Assembly: GCA_947630625.1 (NCBI GenBank)
Contig: CANRIL010000009.1
Location: 15,284-79,283, forward strand
DNA: 64,000 bases
Direction: 5' to 3'
Source of the DNA: an uncultured Clostridia bacterium
GTDB lineage: Bacteria; Bacillota; Clostridia; Oscillospirales; CAG-272
A model generated the notes under the pieces. It ran no database searches, was not told the origin of the DNA, and was given only the letters and a program-made list of their open reading frames with translations. This document shows, piece by piece, positions 28,941 to 39,444 of the stretch. Within the stretch, counting starts at the first letter, position 1; every line of letters begins with the position of its first letter. Made by a program: the position numbers and the translations under genes.

Positions 28941-31364
28941 ATGAACACACAGTCCCCACGTATTATCAGAGAAGAGCTCGAACGCAAGCTGTCTCAGTAT
29001 TTCAATACGACCGTTGAGGCAGCGACAAAAGATCAGATCTACAAGGCGACCGTCATGACGGTGAAGGACAGACTTACCTCGATGCGCGCCGAGTACAAAA
29101 AGGACATCAAGAAGGTACACGGCAAGCGCATCGTCTATCTGTGCATGGAGTTCCTGCTTGGGCGGCAGCTCAAGAACAATCTCTATAACCTCGGTTTAGC
29201 TGATGAATACAGAAAGGTGCTCTCTGATATAGGCGTTTCGCTCGACGAGCTTTATGAGCTTGAACCTGACCCCTCCCTCGGAAACGGCGGTCTTGGCAGA
29301 CTTGCGGCGTGCTTTATGGATTCGCTTTCGTCGCTCGGTTACTGCGCGAACGGCTACTCGCTCTGCTATGAATACGGACTTTTCAAGCAGAAGATAGTTG
29401 AAGGTCAGCAGTTTGAGCTGCCGGATGTCTGGCTCCCGGATGGCGAATGCTGGCTCGTACCGAGGACGGACAAACACATCACGGTAAAGTTTGACGGGCA
29501 TATAAACGAGACGTGGCACGACGGTCACTGTGATTCCGTGCTCGAAAATTATACGGAAGTGCAGGCTGTGCCTTATGACCTCATGATCTCCGGCGCCAAC
29601 AGCCGCGCCGTCAACACGCTCCGCCTGTGGCGCGCGAGGGGCATGAATCAGACGTTCAACATGAACCTTTTCTCGCAGGGCGACTATATCCGCGCAATGC
29701 AGCAGAACACGAACGCGGAGATAATCACGAAGGTGCTCTATCCTTCAGACGAGCACACGGAAGGCAAGCTTTTGCGCCTGACGCAGCAGTATTTCCTCGT
29801 TTCCGCGTCGATCCAGAGCGTCTTCCTCGATCACCTTTCAATGTACGGCACGCTCAACAACTTTGCCGACAAGGTTGCGATCCATATAAACGACACGCAC
29901 CCGGCGCTCGTCGTTCCGGAGCTCATGCGTATTCTCATGGACGAGTACAATTACACGTGGGAGGACGCATGGCAGGTCGTCACAAAGACGATATCGTACA
30001 CGAACCATACTGTTATGCCGGAGGCGCTTGAAACGTGGAGCGAAGACCTCTTCAGGATCAAGCTGCCGAGAATTTACACGATCGTCTGCGAGATCAACCG
30101 CCGCTTCTGCGCCGACCTCTGGAACGCATATCCCGGAGACTGGGGCAGGATCTCCCGCATGAGCATCGTCGGCTACGGCCAGGTCAGAATGGCAAATCTG
30201 AGTGTCGTCGCATCTCATAAGGTCAACGGCGTGTCGGCGCTCCATTCCGAGATACTCAAGGACACGATTTTCCACGACTATTATAAGTACACGCCCGACA
30301 AATTTACGAATGTCACGAACGGCATCGCGCACAGGCGCTGGCTCTGCTATTCGAACCCCGCGCTCGCAAAGCTGCTTGACGAGACGATAGGACCCGATTA
30401 CCGCAAGAATTCGCTCGCCCTCGCCGATTTTGCCGACTATGCCGACAAGACGACGATCCATAAAAAGCTTGAGACGATCAAGCACGAGAACAAGGTACGC
30501 TTCGCGAATTATTATAAGGGGCTGACCGGCATCTCCCTCGACACGGACAGCATCTTCGACATTCAGGCAAAGCGCATGCACGAGTATAAGCGCCAGCTGT
30601 TAAACGTCCTGAAAATCGTCACGTTCTATAACGAGCTCCTTGCGAACCCGAACTCCGACCTGCTGCCGCAGACGTTCATTTTCGGCGGAAAGGCCGCGCC
30701 GAGCTACTACATGGCGAAGAGCATAATCGAGCTTATCTGGAATATCAGCGCCGACATAGAGGCGAACCCGCGTCTGCGTGACCGAATTCGCGTCGTCTTC
30801 CTTGAGGACTACAAGGTTTCGGCGGCTGAAGTGCTCATGCCGGCGTCAGACATAAGCGAACAGATCTCCCTCGCGGGCAAGGAAGCGAGCGGAACGGGCT
30901 GCATGAAGTTCATGATAAACGGCGCGCTCACGGTCGGAACGCTCGACGGCGCGAACGTCGAGATGGCGGAGGCCGTCGGCAGCGACAATATCTATATCTT
31001 CGGTCTGCACACGCCCGAAGTCGACGAGCTCTGGCGCAACGGATACGATTCGGTGAAATATTATAATTCGAACGAGCGCCTGCGCGCCGCTGTCGACAGG
31101 CTGACGGCAGGATTCAACGGAAAGTCGTTTGCCAACATCGCGGACTATTTCATACACGGTCACGGTGTCGCCGATCCGTATATGTGCCTCGCCGACTATG
31201 ACTCATACATCACCGCGTATGAGCGCGCGCTGGCGGACTATCAGAACCACGACGAGTGGTACCGCAAGTCGGTATATAACATTGCCGGCGCGGGATATTT
31301 CTCCGCTGACCGCAGCATAAAGGATTATGCCGAAAAAATCTGGCACATGAAGAGCATTTATTGA
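28941..31364 (+). CDS. glgP: glycogen/maltodextrin phosphorylase
   Basis: 807 aa. GNGGLGRLAACF, and the PLP-site region EQISLAGKEASGTGCMKFMINGA. Confidence 0.96.
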   Translation: MNTQSPRIIREELERKLSQYFNTTVEAATKDQIYKATVMTVKDRLTSMRAEYKKDIKKVHGKRIVYLCMEFLLGRQLKNNLYNLGLADEYRKVLSDIGVSLDELYELEPDPSLGNGGLGRLAACFMDSLSSLGYCANGYSLCYEYGLFKQKIVEGQQFELPDVWLPDGECWLVPRTDKHITVKFDGHINETWHDGHCDSVLENYTEVQAVPYDLMISGANSRAVNTLRLWRARGMNQTFNMNLFSQGDYIRAMQQNTNAEIITKVLYPSDEHTEGKLLRLTQQYFLVSASIQSVFLDHLSMYGTLNNFADKVAIHINDTHPALVVPELMRILMDEYNYTWEDAWQVVTKTISYTNHTVMPEALETWSEDLFRIKLPRIYTIVCEINRRFCADLWNAYPGDWGRISRMSIVGYGQVRMANLSVVASHKVNGVSALHSEILKDTIFHDYYKYTPDKFTNVTNGIAHRRWLCYSNPALAKLLDETIGPDYRKNSLALADFADYADKTTIHKKLETIKHENKVRFANYYKGLTGISLDTDSIFDIQAKRMHEYKRQLLNVLKIVTFYNELLANPNSDLLPQTFIFGGKAAPSYYMAKSIIELIWNISADIEANPRLRDRIRVVFLEDYKVSAAEVLMPASDISEQISLAGKEASGTGCMKFMINGALTVGTLDGANVEMAEAVGSDNIYIFGLHTPEVDELWRNGYDSVKYYNSNERLRAAVDRLTAGFNGKSFANIADYFIHGHGVADPYMCLADYDSYITAYERALADYQNHDEWYRKSVYNIAGAGYFSADRSIKDYAEKIWHMKSIY

Positions 31365-31403
31365 TTGCTCGCCGTAATTCTATAGGACCTATCCCGGAAG
31401 GAT

Positions 31404-31436
31404 GTGGGGGTGCCTTTTGAAAAAAGACACCCTCAC
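31404..31436 (+). other. stable stem-loop between glgP and the GH13 gene
   Basis: GTGGGGGTG (31404-31412) pairs with CACCCTCAC (31428-31436). There is an inner CTTTT/AAAAG extension and no T-run follows. This argues against GTG 31404 as the GH13 start. Confidence 0.4.
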
Positions 31437-31445
31437 AGTGTAGTT

Positions 31446-33437
31446 ATGAGTGAATACAATATATACCCGCCATATATCCGTCCGTCGCTGAGACGGTATA
31501 TAATAGGCGAAGACGGGCGCGAAACATATACCGCGCACGGCGCTTTTTCGCGCGAGATAACCGTCCGGTATGAGCTGCGCCTGCCGCGCGCGACGATGCC
31601 GCACGATGTTGCGATGTACATTTGGGGAGAATCCGGCGGCGACTCTGTCAGGATCGGGATGGAGCGCGTGCGCCTTGACTGCGGAGCCGATCTTTTTGCC
31701 GTGACGCTCAAAATGGCGGACGTGGCGGAAATGTTCGGAGACAGAACAGGGCTTTACTATTACGGCTTTGATTTTTTGTCGCACAACGGCGACAAAATGT
31801 ACGTCAAGCAGTCGGGAAGAGACGGCATGCCCGAACTGCGCGGCGACCAGTTTGCGGACGGCGCGTTTGCGCTAACCGTATATGAACGCAAATATCCCGC
31901 GCCGGAATCATGGTACGGCGGGATAATATATCACATTTTTGTAGACCGATTTGCATCGTCAGGGAAAACGACGCCGAAGCCGTACGCCAAAATGGCGGAC
32001 TGGAACGGCGGGATAACGGAATATCCTGAATATCCCGGCGCGCCGCTCGCCAATGAGACGTTTTTCGGCGGCGACCTTTACGGCATCCGCGACAAGCTTG
32101 ACTATATCAAATCGCTCGGCGTCACGTGCATTTATCTCTCCCCGATATTTGAGGCGCACTCAAATCACAAGTATGATACGGGAAATTTTGAACATGTCGA
32201 CTCAATGTTCGGAGGAAAGCGCGCGCTCAACTCGCTTTTGAGAGCGGCTGAGAGGTGCGGGATATCCGTGATCCTCGACGGAGTGTTCAACCATACGGGA
32301 AGCGACAGCAAGTATTTCAACCGCGAAGGCACGTATGACGGGCTCGGAGCGTATCATTCAAAGAATTCGAAATACTACCGCTGGTTCTCGTTTTATAATT
32401 ATCCCGACGATTATGAATCGTGGTGGGGGATCAAAATACTGCCGCGAGTCAACAGCCGCGACAAGTCGTATATTGATTATATAAGCGGCGGCAGCGGAAT
32501 TATCGACACATATACGTCGGCGGGAGTTTCCGGCTGGCGGCTCGATGTCGTTGACGAGCTTTCCGATGAATTTGTGGACGCGCTCGCAGCGCGCGCTCAT
32601 AAGTCGGCGGGGAAGCGCGGCGTCACGCCGCTCATAATAGGCGAGGTCTGGGAGGACGCGTCGTGTAAGATTGCTTACGGGCAGCGCCGCCGTTATTTTA
32701 CCGGCAAGCAGCTCGACTCCGTGATGAACTATCCCGTCCGCTCGGCGCTGATCGAATATCTGATCCAGCACGACGGCGACGGGCTGACGCGCGCACTGTC
32801 GGTGATCTGGGAGCATTACCCGCGCGAGATAGTCCACGCGGTCATGAACCTTATGGGGACTCACGACACGGCGCGCATAATAACTGTTTTAGCCGGCGAT
32901 TCCGCGGACGGCAAGACAAACGCGGAGCTCGCGGTCAAACGTATGACGGCGGAGCAGTACGCAAAGGGCGTCGCCCTCGTGCGCCTCGGTTATATGATAA
33001 ACGCGACGATACCGGGCATACCGTCGATATATTACGGCGACGAAGCCGGAGTCGAGGGGTATTCGGACCCGTTCAACCGCCTGCCTTTCCCGTGGGGGCG
33101 CGAGAATACGGAGCTTACCGAATTTTACCGCCGGATGGGCGAGGTGCGCCGCGAAAACGACGTTTACAAAAAGGGAGAGCTGTATCTCTGCTATTTCGGG
33201 ATAGACGGCTTCTTCATGTTCGGCAGAGGCGACGGTCAATCAACGCTTTATACGGCGACGAACCGCTCCGATGACGTGATCGTGCTCGATTTCGAGGACG
33301 AGGAAAGGGAAGTCCTAATCACATCGGGAGAGGTCACGGACAGGGAGGATTCCGTTATAGTCGCGCCGATGTCGGGAGTCGTCGTTAAGACGAAGCACGG
33401 CTCAAGAGTATTCGCCGAGAAGGCCTCCGAAAGATAA
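31446..33437 (+). CDS. GH13 alpha-amylase-family enzyme (neopullulanase/cyclomaltodextrinase-like)
   Basis: GH13 regions: DGVFNHTG, GWRLDVVDEL, IGEVWED, LMGTHDTARI. ATG 31446 is preferred; the track ORF begins at GTG 31404, inside the hairpin. Confidence 0.85.
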   Translation: MSEYNIYPPYIRPSLRRYIIGEDGRETYTAHGAFSREITVRYELRLPRATMPHDVAMYIWGESGGDSVRIGMERVRLDCGADLFAVTLKMADVAEMFGDRTGLYYYGFDFLSHNGDKMYVKQSGRDGMPELRGDQFADGAFALTVYERKYPAPESWYGGIIYHIFVDRFASSGKTTPKPYAKMADWNGGITEYPEYPGAPLANETFFGGDLYGIRDKLDYIKSLGVTCIYLSPIFEAHSNHKYDTGNFEHVDSMFGGKRALNSLLRAAERCGISVILDGVFNHTGSDSKYFNREGTYDGLGAYHSKNSKYYRWFSFYNYPDDYESWWGIKILPRVNSRDKSYIDYISGGSGIIDTYTSAGVSGWRLDVVDELSDEFVDALAARAHKSAGKRGVTPLIIGEVWEDASCKIAYGQRRRYFTGKQLDSVMNYPVRSALIEYLIQHDGDGLTRALSVIWEHYPREIVHAVMNLMGTHDTARIITVLAGDSADGKTNAELAVKRMTAEQYAKGVALVRLGYMINATIPGIPSIYYGDEAGVEGYSDPFNRLPFPWGRENTELTEFYRRMGEVRRENDVYKKGELYLCYFGIDGFFMFGRGDGQSTLYTATNRSDDVIVLDFEDEEREVLITSGEVTDREDSVIVAPMSGVVVKTKHGSRVFAEKASER

Positions 33438-33503
33438 AAATAATATAAGGAAACGACTGTGCGGCGCAAAGCTTTTCTTTGTGCCGCACGGATATTATTG
33501 CGT

Positions 33504-34151
33504 ATGGAAAACAGGGATGAGAGCTGCGAGAGCATAACAAAAATCGGAAATCCGAGAAAGCCCGCGGGAGACGCCGGGCGCATCATGCTCGGCAGAATGA
33601 ACGAAAGCCACGCGAACCTGACATCATGGGCGATATCGCTGCTCATGCTTGACGGCGGCGATGAAGTGCTCGACATCGGCTGCGGCGGCGGGGCTGCGCT
33701 GCGGAAAATGTCGGGCGAAATAACGAGCGGGCACCTGACAGGTGTCGACTATTCCGACGTGTCCGTTTCCTTGTCGCGCGAGAACAATGCGGACGATATA
33801 CGAACAGGGAAGATGAACATAGTCCGCGCGTCAGTCGAGGCGCTGCCGTTTGAAGACGGCAGCTTTGACAAGATCATCACCGTCGAGAGCTTCTATTTCT
33901 GGCCGAACCCGTCGGAAAATCTCCGCGAGGTGTGCCGTGTGCTGAAGCACGGCGGGCGATTCGCGCTCGCCGCCGACGTTTATACGCACGCCGGAATGTC
34001 AGATGAATCGGTCGAGTCGATAAAAAAATACGAGCTTTACGCCCCGACCGCGGATGAATTTAGGGACATGTTTTCGCGCGCCGGATTTTCAAAGACAGAG
34101 CTTCATACCGAGCCCGACAGCGACAGAATAATCGTCCTCGGAATAAAATAA
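33504..34151 (+). CDS. class I SAM-dependent methyltransferase
   Basis: Motif I VLDIGCGGGAAL, ..LPFEDGSFDKIITVESF.., LKHGGRF. The start is uncertain: ATG 33504, or GTG 33459, which lies in a GTGCGGC/GCCGCAC hairpin. Confidence 0.8.
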   Translation: MENRDESCESITKIGNPRKPAGDAGRIMLGRMNESHANLTSWAISLLMLDGGDEVLDIGCGGGAALRKMSGEITSGHLTGVDYSDVSVSLSRENNADDIRTGKMNIVRASVEALPFEDGSFDKIITVESFYFWPNPSENLREVCRVLKHGGRFALAADVYTHAGMSDESVESIKKYELYAPTADEFRDMFSRAGFSKTELHTEPDSDRIIVLGIK

Positions 34152-34184
34152 AAAAGGGAGCCGTTTTCTTTAAGGCTCCCTTTT
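34152..34184. terminator. bidirectional terminator between the methyltransferase (+) and clpX (-)
   Basis: AAAAGGGAGCC-gttttctttaa-GGCTCCCTTTT, flanked by A/T runs on both sides between convergent genes. Confidence 0.65.
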
Positions 34185-34208
34185 AAAATATCATATCTGC
34201 GGGCGATC

Positions 34209-35468
34209 TTACGCGTAGATCGGTTCGGCGTGATTTCTTATAACGTCTTCCGTGACCGTGATCGTCTTTATGCCCTCGCGGGAAGGCGCGTCGTACATGA
34301 TCGGCTCCATCGCGCCTTCGAGGATCGAGCGAAGACCTCTTGCGCCGATGTTGCGTTCGAGCGCAAGCGAGGCGGCGGCGCGGAGCGCGCTCTCTTCAAA
34401 CCGGAGCTCGATGCCGTCTAGCTCAAGCAGCTTTTTGTACTGCTTTGAGAGGCAGTTCTTCGGCTCGGAAAGTATCCTGACGAGCGCGTCCTCGTCGAGC
34501 TCGTCGAGCGCCACCATGACGGGAATTCTCCCGACAAGCTCCGGGATGAGCCCGTATTTTACGATATCGTGCGGAGTCACGTCGCGGAATATGCCGACAT
34601 CGTGCTTTTCCTTTCTGCTCCTGACCTCTCCGTCAAATCCGATCGAGCCGCCGCCCTGACGGCGCTCAATTATCTCGGCGAGCCCGTCAAACGCGCCGCC
34701 GCAGATGAAGAGGATGTTTTCGGTGTTGATCTCGATGAACTCCTGGTTCGGGTGCTTGCGCCCGCCCTGCGGCGGAACGTTCGAAACAGTGCCCTCAAGT
34801 ATTTTCAGAAGCGCCTGCTGTACGCCCTCGCCGGACACGTCGCGCGTGATGGAACGGTTTTCGCTTCTGCGCGAGATCTTGTCGAGCTCGTCAATATAAA
34901 TGATCCCGTACTCGGCGCGCTCGATATCGTAGTCCGCCGCCTGGATCAGGCGGAGCAGGATATTTTCAACGTCTTCGCCGACGTAACCTGCCTCGGTAAG
35001 CGTCGTCGCGTCTGCGATCGCGAACGGGACCTGCAGCGTCTTGGCGAGCGTCTGCGCAAGATACGTCTTGCCGACGCCTGTCGGTCCCAACAGCAGGACG
35101 TTTGATTTCTGTATCTCGACGTAATCCTCATCGTTTTTCTGCTTTGACTCGCGATTGAGCACGCGCTTATAGTGGTTGTAGACCGCGACGGAAAGCGCGC
35201 GCTTCGCCGCGTCCTGTCCGATCACGTATTCGTCGAGCGTCGCTTTGATCTCGCGCGGCTTCGGAAGCGTCTCAAGCGAGAGCCCCGCGCCGCTTGGATT
35301 TCTGTTGATGTGCTCGTCAATTATTTCGTTGCAGACTTCAACGCAGCTGTCGCAGATATAGATACCCGTAGGGGAAGGGATCAGATAAAGCACCTGATGC
35401 TCTGTTCTCCCGCAGAAAGCGCATCTGCGCTCGCTGCCGCGCCTGTTGTCGTTGTTGTTTTGTGGCAT
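34209..35468 (-). CDS. clpX: ATP-dependent Clp protease ATP-binding subunit ClpX
   Basis: N-terminal zinc finger CAFCGR..CDSC, Walker [20 protein letters not shown] 35468 has GGGGAG 8 nt upstream. The listed ORF extends a further 17 codons without an RBS. Confidence 0.96.
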   Translation of the reverse strand: MPQNNNDNRRGSERRCAFCGRTEHQVLYLIPSPTGIYICDSCVEVCNEIIDEHINRNPSGAGLSLETLPKPREIKATLDEYVIGQDAAKRALSVAVYNHYKRVLNRESKQKNDEDYVEIQKSNVLLLGPTGVGKTYLAQTLAKTLQVPFAIADATTLTEAGYVGEDVENILLRLIQAADYDIERAEYGIIYIDELDKISRRSENRSITRDVSGEGVQQALLKILEGTVSNVPPQGGRKHPNQEFIEINTENILFICGGAFDGLAEIIERRQGGGSIGFDGEVRSRKEKHDVGIFRDVTPHDIVKYGLIPELVGRIPVMVALDELDEDALVRILSEPKNCLSKQYKKLLELDGIELRFEESALRAAASLALERNIGARGLRSILEGAMEPIMYDAPSREGIKTITVTEDVIRNHAEPIYA

Positions 35469-35550
35469 AAAGTCAGCTCCCCGCCGCCGAATCGGAAATT
35501 TTTCGCTCCGGCGGCTCATTTTTTATTGTGAAGTCAAGTCCGCCGTGCAG

Positions 35551-35625
35551 ATCGCGGCAATTATGCAATCGCGGCAATTATGCAATTTTAGCAATCGCGG
35601 CAATTGTGCAGCTGCGGCAGCTGCA
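35551..35625. repeat. three 17-bp direct repeats plus a palindrome in the clpP-clpX spacer
   Basis: ATCGCGGCAATTATGCA occurs at 35551-35567 and 35568-35584, and ATCGCGGCAATTGTGCA at 35594-35610. They are followed by the hairpin/palindrome TGCAGCTG-cgg-CAGCTGCA (35607-35625). Confidence 0.8.
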
Positions 35626-35685
35626 TCAAATCGTATGCCTTAAATCAAAAAAATCGCACCGGCGGAGATGACGACTCGGCGCGCG

Positions 35686-36270
35686 TCAGGCGCGCTTTTC
35701 GTATACCTTGTCGATAAGCCCGAATTCCTTCGCCTCGGCTGCGGTGAGAAAGTTGTCGCGCTCCGTTGCGACGGCGATCTCCTCAAGCGACCTGCCCGTG
35801 TTCTTCGCGAGGATGGAGTTGAGTCTCTCTCTTGTGCGGAGGATATGGTCGGCGTGAATTTTTATATCGGACGCCTGCCCCTGCATTCCGCCGAGAGGCT
35901 GATGGATCATGATCTCGCTGTTCGGGAGCGCGATGCGCTTGCCCTTTGCGCCGGAAGAGAGCAGGAAAGCGCCCATGCTCGCCGCCATGCCGATGCAGAT
36001 CGTCGAGACATCGCACTTGATATAGTTCATTGTGTCATATATCGCGAATCCGGCGGAGACGGAGCCGCCCGGCGAGTTGATATAGAGCGAGATGTCCTTG
36101 TCCGGGTCCTGCGCCTCAAGGAAGAGGAGCTGAGCCACGACGAGCGACGCCGTTACATCGTTTACCTCGTCGGCAAGAAAGACGATCCTGTCATTGAGTA
36201 GGCGCGAAAAAATATCATACGCGCGCTCACCTCTGTTAGTCTGTTCAATTACGGTTGGAACGAGTGCCAT
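35686..36270 (-). CDS. clpP: ATP-dependent Clp protease proteolytic subunit ClpP
   Basis: [25 protein letters not shown].., catalytic [15 protein letters not shown] 36270 has GGAGG 7 nt upstream. Confidence 0.96.
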   Translation of the reverse strand: MALVPTVIEQTNRGERAYDIFSRLLNDRIVFLADEVNDVTASLVVAQLLFLEAQDPDKDISLYINSPGGSVSAGFAIYDTMNYIKCDVSTICIGMAASMGAFLLSSGAKGKRIALPNSEIMIHQPLGGMQGQASDIKIHADHILRTRERLNSILAKNTGRSLEEIAVATERDNFLTAAEAKEFGLIDKVYEKRA

Positions 36271-36427
36271 TTTGATACCTCCATAGTATTCATTTTTCTT
36301 TCTGATGCACACAACAGTATATTATATACCGGATGTTGGCATGATTATATGTGTCATGGGCGAATTTTTATATGCAAATGACCGCCGCCGTTGTCGGCGG
36401 CGGTCGATATTCGGCAGTAAAAACCGA

Positions 36428-37771
36428 TTATTCTGCCGGTGTGTCCGTTTCGGATGCGCCCTCATCCTCGGCAGGCTTCTCTTCGGGAGCCTTTTCCGTG
36501 ATGACTGCGGCTGCCTTTATGAGGTCGATCGCTGCCTTGAGCCTCAGGTCGGCGGCAACGTCCTCCTTCGCGATCGCGGCCTTGACGCGGTCGAGTTCAA
36601 CCTCGTAAGCTTCCGCCATGCGCGCGTACTCAGCCTCAATAGCCTCGTCGGTGATCTCGATGCCTTCAAGCTTTGCGATCTCGGCAAGCGCGAGACGCGT
36701 CTTTACCTGACGTTCAGCCTGCGGGCGAACCTGCTCGCGGAGCGTGTCAAGCGTCTGTCCCGTGTATTTCATGTATGTCGAGAGGTCAAGCCCCTGGCTG
36801 CGCAGTCTCATGTCGTAGTCGCGGACAATGTTTTCAGCCTCGGCGTCGTACATCGGCGCGGGAACGTCCGCCTCAAGATGCTTGACGAGGTAGTCAATAA
36901 GCTGCTCCTCGACCTCGGCGTCCGCTGCCTTTTCCTTGCGTTCGCCGATCTTTCGCTTCATGTCCTCGCGGTATTCCGCAAACGTATCGAAGTCGGAGAC
37001 ATCCTTCGCAAATTCGTCGTCAAGTTCGGGAAGCTCGTCATGCTTTATCGCGTTGAGCTTGCACTTGAAGACGGCCTCTTTGCCGGCGAGCTCTTTTGCA
37101 TGATACTCTTCGGGGAAGGTGACCGTAACGTCAAATTCTTCGCCGACGCTGTGACCTGCGACCTGCTCTTCGAATCCGGGAATAAAGCTGCCGGAGCCGA
37201 GCTTGAGGTCGTGTCCCTCGTCCTTTCCGCCGTCGAACGCCGCGCCGTCGCAGAAGCCCTCGTAGTCAATGTTCGCAACGTCGCCCATCTCGGCGGGGCG
37301 GTCTGTCACGTCTATCTCACGCGCGTTGTGCTCGCGGACGTGTTCGATCTCGTGATCAACTTCTTCGTCGGTCACGGTATATGTCGTCTTCGTCGCCTCG
37401 ATCCCGCGGTAGCCCTCGATCTTGACTTCGGGCACGACGAATGTCACGGCCTTGATTACAACGCCGTCGTCTTCGATCGAAACAACGTCAAATTCGGGCT
37501 GACCTACGATGTCGATCCCCGCCTCTTTGACGGCTGCCTCGTAATTCTCCGGGATGAGCTCGTTGAGCGCGTCCTCATAGAAGAATCCCTTGCCGTACAT
37601 CTTTTCAATGATGGCGCGGGGAGCCTTGCCGCGGCGGAATCCGGGCACGTTGAGCTTGCCCTTTTCGCGGTTGTAGGCGCGGGAACATGCGGCTTCAAAA
37701 CTGTCGTGGTCGATTTTGAACTGCAGTTCGTGCTTGTTCGATTCAATTTTCTCGTTCTTGATAAGTTCCAT
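36428..37771 (-). CDS. tig: trigger factor
   Basis: 447 aa. GFRRGKAP ribosome-binding loop, an FKBP-type PPIase core and an acidic C-terminus. Sits upstream of clpP-clpX. Confidence 0.95.
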   Translation of the reverse strand: MELIKNEKIESNKHELQFKIDHDSFEAACSRAYNREKGKLNVPGFRRGKAPRAIIEKMYGKGFFYEDALNELIPENYEAAVKEAGIDIVGQPEFDVVSIEDDGVVIKAVTFVVPEVKIEGYRGIEATKTTYTVTDEEVDHEIEHVREHNAREIDVTDRPAEMGDVANIDYEGFCDGAAFDGGKDEGHDLKLGSGSFIPGFEEQVAGHSVGEEFDVTVTFPEEYHAKELAGKEAVFKCKLNAIKHDELPELDDEFAKDVSDFDTFAEYREDMKRKIGERKEKAADAEVEEQLIDYLVKHLEADVPAPMYDAEAENIVRDYDMRLRSQGLDLSTYMKYTGQTLDTLREQVRPQAERQVKTRLALAEIAKLEGIEITDEAIEAEYARMAEAYEVELDRVKAAIAKEDVAADLRLKAAIDLIKAAAVITEKAPEEKPAEDEGASETDTPAE

Positions 37772-37863
37772 TATATGTTATTCCTCCAAGATAGTCATAC
37801 TGAAAAATTGTCTTTTTGTGCGCGGCATAAAGCAAAACAAAAGCCGCCGCGGAGCACCAAGCT

Positions 37864-37892
37864 ATTATATTATGTTTTTTCCGCTTTGTCAA
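37864..37892 (-). promoter_or_regulatory. sigma-A-type promoter of tig
   Basis: On the minus strand: TTGACA (37892-37887), 17-nt spacer, TATAAT (37869-37864). Confidence 0.55.
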
Positions 37893-37948
37893 CAGTTTGG
37901 CGGGACGAAAGGGAATAATCGTCAAAAAAATACGCGCGTTTTTTGCGT

Positions 37949-38671
37949 TTACGTAATCAGTCGCGGGGCAAATCCGAGATAATCCGCCGCGGTCGCGCAG
38001 TGCATGATCCCTCCCGCCTCGTACGCGCTCGGATAAGAATAGCTGCCGTGGACATGACCGAACCAGACGCGGCTTATTCCGCGCTCGCGCAGAGTTTCCA
38101 TTATCGGCGTGCATTCCTCGCCGCCGAAGGAGGCGGGGAAATGCAGAAATACGCGCAGCGGAGCCGTGTCGCCGCCTGTGAGCGCAAGCGCGGCGTCGAT
38201 GCTCGCGCGCAGACGCGACGCTTCTCTCCGCGCGATCTTTTCATAGTCGGCGTCGTATGAGGCGCACTGCGCCGCCTCCGAGGAAAACCAGCCGCGCGTC
38301 CCGCAGATCGCGAGCCCGTCAGCCATTACGGCGTCCGCGCGGAGCGGTTTTATCGTTTTGATCCCGTTTTCAGTAAAAAATGCGTCAAGCTTCGAGGTTG
38401 TCTGCCACCAGTAGTCGTGGTTGCCTTCGATTATAATTTTTCTGCCCGGCAGAGAATCGAGGAACAATAGATCGTCCCTCGCGTCCGTGAGCGTCATAGC
38501 CCACGATATGTCCCCGGCGACGACGACGGTATCAGTCCCGCCGATGCAGGCGCGCCACGACGATTCAAGTCTCGACGTGTGGTTTTGCCAGCGCGGACCG
38601 AAAATGTTCATAGATTTGTTTATACCGGCGCCGCCCGGGAGATGAAGATCTGAAATTGCAAAAACTGACAA
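37949..38671 (-). CDS. metallophosphoesterase (calcineurin-like phosphoesterase)
   Basis: FAISDLHLPG.., VVAGDISW, IEGNHDYWW, and the GH..H region FGHVHG. TTG 38671 has AAAGGAG 5 nt upstream. The track ORF starts 15 codons earlier at TTG 38716. Confidence 0.8.
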   Translation of the reverse strand: MSVFAISDLHLPGGAGINKSMNIFGPRWQNHTSRLESSWRACIGGTDTVVVAGDISWAMTLTDARDDLLFLDSLPGRKIIIEGNHDYWWQTTSKLDAFFTENGIKTIKPLRADAVMADGLAICGTRGWFSSEAAQCASYDADYEKIARREASRLRASIDAALALTGGDTAPLRVFLHFPASFGGEECTPIMETLRERGISRVWFGHVHGSYSYPSAYEAGGIMHCATAADYLGFAPRLIT

Positions 38672-38759
38672 GGCTGCTCCTTTCGGGTTTTCGTATAATG
38701 CGGCAGTATCAGGCAAAACTATTAATGAAATTATGTGACTTTAAGGGAGTGAAAAATTT

Positions 38760-38975
38760 ATGGCTCTTTTCGGCCCTAATGAATATTTCAATGTCGAGAT
38801 GGGAGACGGACGCCCGCCTCAGCACATCCGCGGCATCGTCTGCGACGTAAAAAACTGCGCGTATCACGACGGCGACAGCTTCTGCACCGCGAGGCGCATA
38901 CAGGTAGGTCCTACGTTTGCAAACAGCTCAGGCCAGACCGCGTGCGCGACATTCAAACCGAAAAATAAAATATAA
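38760..38975 (+). CDS. DUF1540-like small cysteine-rich protein
   Basis: VCDVKNCAYHDGDSFCTARRIQVG....ACATF matches the DUF1540 C-x4-C...C pattern as I recall it. GGGAG RBS. Confidence 0.65.
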   Translation: MALFGPNEYFNVEMGDGRPPQHIRGIVCDVKNCAYHDGDSFCTARRIQVGPTFANSSGQTACATFKPKNKI

Positions 38976-38982
38976 CCGTTTG

Positions 38983-39008
38983 GCGGGGGCGTTTGTCCCC
39001 GCTTTTTT
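38983..39008 (+). terminator. rho-independent terminator
   Basis: GCGGGG-gcgtttgt-CCCCGC followed by T6. Confidence 0.65.
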
Positions 39009-39030
39009 ATCGCATGGCAGGTGTCATGAT

Positions 39031-39444
39031 TTACCGCCGCCGCTTGTTGTAGCCGCTCTTCGCCGTCACGGCAGAGCGGATATGGTGGACGCGCGGCGGG
39101 GCACCGTCCTCCGTGTAGACTTCAATTACATCTATTCGGACGCTCCTGCCGGAAAACAGGTCGGGATGCGTCCTCATGTACCCTTCGGCGGCGAAGATCA
39201 GATTTCGCTGCTTTTTCACGCCGACGGCTGACGCCGGTCTACCGTATTCCGCGGCGACGCTCAGCGCCCGCGATTTTACCTCAACGAATACAACGGCGTC
39301 GCGTTCGGGGGAAAGCGCGATTATATCAAGCTCTGCGTGGCTCGTGTAGTGGTTCCGTTCAACGATTTCGTAGCCCTTGGAGCGCAGATAGTCTGATGCG
39401 ACCTGTTCACCCGCGTCGCCTTTTGCACGCGCGCAGCCGTTCAT
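39031..39444 (-). CDS. yraN: YraN-family (UPF0102) endonuclease-like protein
   Basis: [33 protein letters not shown]....VFVEVKSR is the YraN signature. ATG 39444 overlaps the rnhB stop (ATGA). Confidence 0.8.
   Translation of the reverse strand: MNGCARAKGDAGEQVASDYLRSKGYEIVERNHYTSHAELDIIALSPERDAVVFVEVKSRALSVAAEYGRPASAVGVKKQRNLIFAAEGYMRTHPDLFSGRSVRIDVIEVYTEDGAPPRVHHIRSAVTAKSGYNKRRR

Noticed and set aside
35551-35625. A mini CRISPR-like array (also considered for the 60-bp repeats at 41581-41800).
   Set aside because: The 17-bp units are contiguous or separated by only 9 bp, and there are only three of them. There are no spacers of CRISPR size and no cas genes. The 60-bp repeats are head-to-tail inside an open reading frame and encode a peptide repeat.
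36305-37918. 537-aa plus-strand ORF opposite tig.
   Set aside because: It is antisense to trigger factor and its translation is L/V/F/R-rich with no motifs. The tig-clpP-clpX synteny supports the minus-strand reading.
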